A DNA stretch of 55,707 nucleotides, counting the filler, from Porpidia crustulata (Eukaryota), in assembly GCA_964255105.1 (NCBI GenBank). It is 5 parts of 5 records of this genome, joined end to end, with 100 filler letters (N's around TTAATTAATTAA, not from the genome) between each part and the next. Parts side by side here need not be neighbours in the genome. Positions count along the whole stretch, not along the records: positions 44,651 to 55,707 come from CAXUWE010000704.1; 4 more parts are not named here. One strand, given 5' to 3'. Of the stretch, positions 50,023 to 55,707 are shown in pieces (the first letter of the stretch is position 1; every line of letters begins with the position of its first letter). A program made the translations under genes and the position numbers. Below the pieces are notes generated by a model, which was given only the letters and a program-made list of their open reading frames with translations, was not told where the DNA came from and searched no databases.

Positions 50023-51390
50023 TCAATTCTCCCGAGGTGAAGTCGAGGGCCGACTGTTATTCACCCCCAGCCCAAAATTCGGCGACGTAGGAGAGCGCGC
50101 CGTAGGGAAGTGATCGAAACTCTCGGAGCGCACAAGCGGGCTCTTGGGACTCGAGGAGGGCAAACTCCCGGAGCGCATACGCAGCAGCATACTTTCGTTG
50201 ATGATCTGGCCCGCGCTGGGTGCTGCGGTGACAATGGTATTCGAAGAAGCAGTGGGCGGAGGGGTCGGACTGCACGTTCGAAATAAAGGATGGATGTGAT
50301 CTTCGCTCGACCCTGATCGAGGTGATGTCGGTCGCGAGAAACTGGGCTGTGGTAAAGGACTCGGAGGCGAGCTTTCAGGTGGGCTGTTGGTTTGGAAAAA
50401 GGGGCCTTCAAGCGCTTTGGCGGGGGATGGTGAGCGGGATCCGGGGATGGGTTCAAGAATGGGAACAGCCATTGAAGGGGAGGATTGAAGGACTGTCTCT
50501 CGAATATGGGAGCCAACTCCGGATGTGTCCCAGGAGTCGAAAGCTTCATCCTGAGAGACTCGACTGGATGAGGGACTGTCGGACGAAGGATTTTTTGAGT
50601 GGCGAGGAAATGAGTGATGGCGGCCGTGTAAACGGGCTCGGGATAGTGAGGGTCGTCGGACCGTAGAGAAGGATGATCGGAGGGAGCTTGTGCCTTCTGA
50701 AGCTATCAGGGAAGGTGGTGTTGAGTTTTCCGAGCCTCGAAAGGGGTTTGACTGGATCGTAGTCGACGTTGCTGGTCGACTTTGCTCTGCAATCTGCGTT
50801 ACCGTTTCGGAAAGCGGTTCCTGAGTGCTGGCCAGCGGCATCGGGACATCCTTAGGACGTGGCTCTCTTGTCAAAGCTAGCAATACATAGAGGAAAGCTT
50901 GGGCCAGGACGCTGAAACCCCAGGTAGTGAAAGCGATGACCAGATACGTCGTTGCTGTCCGTCCCAGAATCTGTTTGGACACTTCGACTAGACTACCTCT
51001 ACTCCATCCCAGAGTTGTCGCTACGAGCACAGCGGCTAATGTCGACGGCAGTAAACCCACACCGAGAATGAACCAATACCGCCTTTGCTTGACATGGGAC
51101 TTTTCGTCCGAGGGATTAGCCCTTCCTGAGTAGGTGTGACAGACTACGAGGCAACAAAGTGTGCAAAGCGAAATGGCTTGCGTTATGGCCGCCACAACGG
51201 AAAGGACGAATGGTTTCGAAGGTCCAACACCAAGAAATACGGCCAGAGCGGTGACCAGGAACGTGGTGGCCAGCGTCAACAAGACGGCAAGGCCAGATAC
51301 GACGAGTAGGGCTAGACGTGTGGAAGCTTTTCGGGACCAATTCCTTGTCCTCGGTCCTGCGTTTTGCGAGGTCACCGGATGGTATTCCAT
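50023..51390 (-). CDS. Fungal hypothetical membrane protein (about 4 TM helices plus Ser/Pro-rich tail)
   Basis: Long uninterrupted ORF with four hydrophobic segments, then FDSWDTS, LEPIPGSRSPSPAKALEGPF, HIHPLFRTCSPTPPP; first ATG at 51390. Confidence 0.75.
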   Translation of the reverse strand: MEYHPVTSQNAGPRTRNWSRKASTRLALLVVSGLAVLLTLATTFLVTALAVFLGVGPSKPFVLSVVAAITQAISLCTLCCLVVCHTYSGRANPSDEKSHVKQRRYWFILGVGLLPSTLAAVLVATTLGWSRGSLVEVSKQILGRTATTYLVIAFTTWGFSVLAQAFLYVLLALTREPRPKDVPMPLASTQEPLSETVTQIAEQSRPATSTTIQSNPFRGSENSTPPSLIASEGTSSLRSSFSTVRRPSLSRARLHGRHHSFPRHSKNPSSDSPSSSRVSQDEAFDSWDTSGVGSHIRETVLQSSPSMAVPILEPIPGSRSPSPAKALEGPFFQTNSPPESSPPSPLPQPSFSRPTSPRSGSSEDHIHPLFRTCSPTPPPTASSNTIVTAAPSAGQIINESMLLRMRSGSLPSSSPKSPLVRSESFDHFPTARSPTSPNFGLGVNNSRPSTSPREN

Positions 51391-53729
51391 GACGTGCACC
51401 TTCTCGGCCACAGATGTCCTAGGCCACAATGCTGAGCTATTCCGCGGCTCAGTATGCTCCGCCTAATCGAGTCTTCTTCTTCTGGGTATGATAGACGTGA
51501 TCAAGGCGACGATGCCCTCTCTCTGCTGAGTGGCCGTGTTGAAGAAGCGGTAACAGGGATTCGGTTTGCTACGGTGTGAATGAAGTGTGAAAACGTAGAC
51601 TCGTGACAAAATTATTAGCTATCGAACGAGGGAACGTTGCTTCGTTATCTTTAGCCAATGGCAATGATTGTGAAGAAGGTAGTCGTGGGGGGAGGGGTGG
51701 TTCGAAGAGATAACGAAGGAGACGAGCTGAAGACAAACGACGCGTCTCGGTCTCAACCGATACGGTGGAGTAAATGGATGTTTAGAAGTTGTCAAGTGAC
51801 ATAGTTGTACACTCCTCTCACACATGGATGACGTTCAAGGGCCAATTGAGAACTCGGATTATACAAAACTAGACTTTAGGTAGGTGGATTGGATTGGTAG
51901 TATGGTGGGCAATGGTAAGGCTGGTGAATAGCACTCGGTGAACTAATTTTGGGAATGAGTAGGTATGAAGGCACAATGAAGAGAATTAAACGTGATCTGC
52001 AACGGTAGGTAGAATTGAAATTCACAAAATACTGAGGCAATGGGAGGAATTGGGAGAGGGGGAAAAGGGAAAGAGAAGAGGGGAGAAGAGATGCTGTTAC
52101 ATGGGATGAGGGAGCGTGTTTGCAAGCGCAATGTTTATGAGGATGGATGAGGGAAGAAGCGGGATATGATGCGAGTGGAACGCGAAAGCAGGGTTCGGGG
52201 GTGGATTGACATGCTCGGATGCCGTTGGTCAAGGATGATGGCGAATAAGTGAAGACGACACGCTTCAACTTCGCGACAAGGCGTTATCCACAGTCGGTTA
52301 AAAATACTCTGCTACATCTGTCAGTCCGGCCGACTAGACGGCCTAGTCAGATCTAAGGGTCCAGCACTGTGGAAGCGAGATCCCATATCCCTGCCGCCGA
52401 TCGGCCACAAATATGACCCAATCAGGCTATCAAATCTATCACCTCTGGATGACATGACCATAACAATACACTCGATTCAAGTCATCATCAATCGAGCGAA
52501 TGCGGAGAACAGAGCATCTGAGACTTTCACAATGGTAGGTATCCTACCTCCGAAGAAAATATGTGATCTTATACGAAATACGGAAGCAGTCTCCGGCGAG
52601 ACAGCCGGATGGAGAAGCCCCACTGTTAGCTTGTCAGATGAGAGACACCGCGTCAATTTGTGACCGGACACCGAAAGTGAGCCTCGAAGACTTGATACCG
52701 ATGAATTAAACAGATAGGAACAATTGTCTTGCTTGCTGTTATTCTTCCGGATAGATTTGAATGGCGTAGGCACTCTGCTCGGCACTTGAGCTATCTGATG
52801 ATAAGGTAGTTCAATCACAGCGGCCAGCGAGTAGATCAAACGATGGAATGGCGAGTCGAATAGTGATCCATCAGCAGAAGGTAAGACTGTAGAGACAGCA
52901 AAAGTTGGTGATCATAATCGCATTGGTCGAGGCGCCTCTGAGATAATCTTTGATCATGTCGAACCAATCACCATCTTGTAAACATAGTCGGCCATCAATA
53001 GAAGTGATACGTCCCACCTGCAGTCGTGCGTCCACCCATCCATCGGGTTTTCTATCCATCGCTTCCGTTATGTTTGTGGCTGAGCTCATCTGGTCTGTGG
53101 CCAGAAGAAGGTATCTTAATCGCTTGCTACGTCCCTGTGCGATGCTTGTGTGACGAACATCTTTGACCTAGAAATACAGAAAAACAAGGTGCTGCAGTAA
53201 GAACGTTGAAGATGAGATGTACTCACCATTTCCAGAACGGACTGGGTACCTCTGGAAGATTCATTAGAAACGGTGCTTTAGATATTTGGTGCGGAAACGA
53301 GAAGCTCAGAGGCTTCCAGTGCTGTAGAATAATTTCGTGTATTCCTGTATTCAGTCCCTACGTGGCTCTCATGGACGTGAACACTTCCTACTTCAAGCCA
53401 TCTGTTGCTGTAATGATTGTAATAATTGGACGAATGTGCTCAACAATCTCTTGATTGATTCACTAATCTGGAATCACCGCGAGCTGTGGCTGTTGAGCGC
53501 TAGAGTAGCCGCTGCCGCCTGGCCGCCACATTGGAATCATGTTTACGTACGTAGAGCAGTCGTTTGTCAAATGCTTACCATCGTTCATAATAATCATTAT
53601 CGAGATTTCCGTCTACGTCACAAAGTGATACACTCGTTAGCTCTTTGTATTATCTACAGCCAGCATATCTACGAGAATCTATCGCAGTGACGTTACCATT
53701 TCGACTGCTGGAGTAAGCAGTGGGGCAAG

Positions 53730-55329
53730 ATGAAGCTTACTTTCAAGGTATGTTGATTATTCCAAGCCGAGACCATCAAATAGATGCTAATACCTCTCCT
53801 CTATCCAGGATCTGAAGCAGCAGAAGTTCGTCGTTGAAGCTGAACCTTCTGAAACGGTATGCTCTTATAATCCTAGAAAGTTTCCCGGAACAGAACGGCA
53901 GCAGAAGGTACGAGGCAGATCAACTAACTGCAACCGCCGTAACGCAGATCGGAGAAGTAAAGGGGAAGATTCAACAAGAGAAAGGGTGGGAAACTAGCAC
54001 GCAAAAACTCATATACTCTGGTATGTGCTCATACATTGGATCTATGATGGATCTTAGATCCGCTAACCAATCTGTCTCTCTACAGGCAAAATATTACAAG
54101 ATGCAAACACCGTGGAGTCATACCATATCGAGGAGAAAGGGTTCATAGTCTGTATGACGTCAAAGGTTTGAAATCCAATCTTCTTCAGCATGTGTATCGA
54201 TGTTCTGATCGAGGAGAATAGCCTAAAGCAGCCCCTGCCAGTTCCTCGGCTGCTTCCTCCGCCAAGGCTCCTTCAACTCCTGCTCCCCCTCCTATTCCCG
54301 CTTCCACACCCGTACCACCAGCCGCGCCAGCTCCTGCATCAAGTACCACTCCAAACGCCCCAGCTACACCATCACCTGTCCCCGCAGCGGCGACCGGTAC
54401 AGAGGAAGGGAATTTCAACGGCCCATCAGCTCTCACTCTTGGTGCACAACGTGACTCCGCAATCGCGAATATGGAGAGTATGGGTTTCCCGAGAGCAGAT
54501 ATCGATCGAGCCATGAGAGCGGCGTTCTTCAATCCGGATCGTGCTGTAGAGTACCTTCTCAACGTTGGTCTTTCTGAGATTCATCATCAATGAGTAAAAT
54601 CCGCTAAACAATCCCAGGGCATTCCTGAAAACATCCAACAAGAACAACGGCAAGCCCGCGGTGGCGCAGCCCCTGCCGCCCAAACCACCACAGCTGGCAC
54701 CCTTCCCACCCAAGCTGCAGCCGACTCTTCTACCGAACCTGACCAACCCATCAACCTCTTTGAAGCCGCGGCCCAAGCCAATCGCGGATCCGGAGCTACC
54801 GGAGGCTCCACTCGCCCTCGCGGCCAAGCCTCCGCCGCCGCCGCCGGTCTAGCAGGTCTCGGAACTGGCGCCGCCGCGGAAGGAGCAGCGGCCAATAGCC
54901 TCGGCAACCTCGATTTTTTGCGCAACAACCCTCAGTTCCAGCAACTTCGCCAAATAGTACAAACGCAACCGCGGATGCTTGAGCCGATTTTGCAGCAGGT
55001 GGGCGCGGGAAACCCGCAGCTGGCTCAGCTGATAGGACAAAACCCGGACCAATTCTTGCAGCTGCTGAGTGAGGATGCGGATGGGGATGCCCCGATGCCG
55101 CCGGGAGCGCAGGAGATTAGCGTCACGGAGGATGAGAGGGCTGCCATCGAGAGAGTATGTGTCACCTCTTCCCACCAACACGTTCATGCACAAGATTGAC
55201 AGTGAGCAGCTGTGCCTTTTGGGATTCGAGCGCGACCTTGTCATTCAAGCATATTTTGCATGCGACAAGAACGAGGAGCTGGCGGCGAACTTCTTGTTCG
55301 ATCAACCTGACGACGGCGAGGAGAATTGA
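53730..55329 (+). CDS. RAD23: UV excision repair / proteasome shuttle protein Rad23
   Basis: UbL (MKLTFK|DLKQQKF..QKLIYSG|KILQD), UBA1 ([35 protein letters not shown]), XPC-binding ([18 protein letters not shown]), UBA2 ([27 protein letters not shown]); six introns. Confidence 0.95.
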
Positions 55330-55707
55330 GATGGGATAGTTGGTCCCCTTGATCGATGGGTTCTGTTTTTATCCGTAGCTATTTACATGGTTCGGAGAGG
55401 GAATGTACTATGACCCTGCCGCCTCGATTCCTGATAGAGCATGCGAAAGGCAAATGGTAGTCTAGCGCCCAGAACCAATGCATGCAAATAATGAAACGAA
55501 TGGCGATGCATATGCGGAGAGTGACCGTGGTGCAGGTGGGCCCAAATTTCCGATGACGAAGAATTAATATTAAATTAGTGATTACCACATCTCTTATCAT
55601 ACCGCCATCCCCACAATCTCAGCCGTCAACCTCGCAAATCTCCGATGGATGAAGGTAGAGAGGATCAAGGACCCACGAGCTTCATGCTCCATAATTACCC
55701 CCCACAC

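Overview
Eukaryotic DNA from a filamentous ascomycete (Pezizomycotina), with short GT-AG introns and CTRAC branch sites. The window is not one locus. It is five contigs of 11064, 11063, 11062, 11061 and 11057 bp joined by artificial 100-bp spacers (N44-TTAATTAATTAA-N44), so gene neighbourhood only counts within a segment. Segment 1 has a secreted S41 peptidase and a divergently transcribed NLR-like gene (HeLo/SesA-like N-terminus, NACHT with an inserted ZZ zinc finger, ankyrin repeats). Each carries one frameshift and one in-frame TAA. A small TA-flanked MITE-like element and the 5' end of a probable D-lactate dehydrogenase follow. Segment 2 has JSN1/PUF, VPS72/YL1 and an Ecl1-family gene. Segment 3 has a DHA1 MFS transporter, a conserved hypothetical gene, a divergent DHH1 and CTP1. 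Segment 4 is the best candidate for a new system: a compact putative biosynthetic cluster with a PhyH-type dioxygenase, an apparently dedicated pyrroline-5-carboxylate reductase, an IPNS-type 2OG oxygenase and a truncated (C)-A-T-R NRPS-like enzyme, next to an SDR. This set suggests a hydroxylated pyrrolidine or piperidine product. Segment 5 has CaMKK, a decayed 15-bp QQxYP-coding repeat array, two hypothetical genes and RAD23. All assignments come from motif recognition by eye; no database searches were run.
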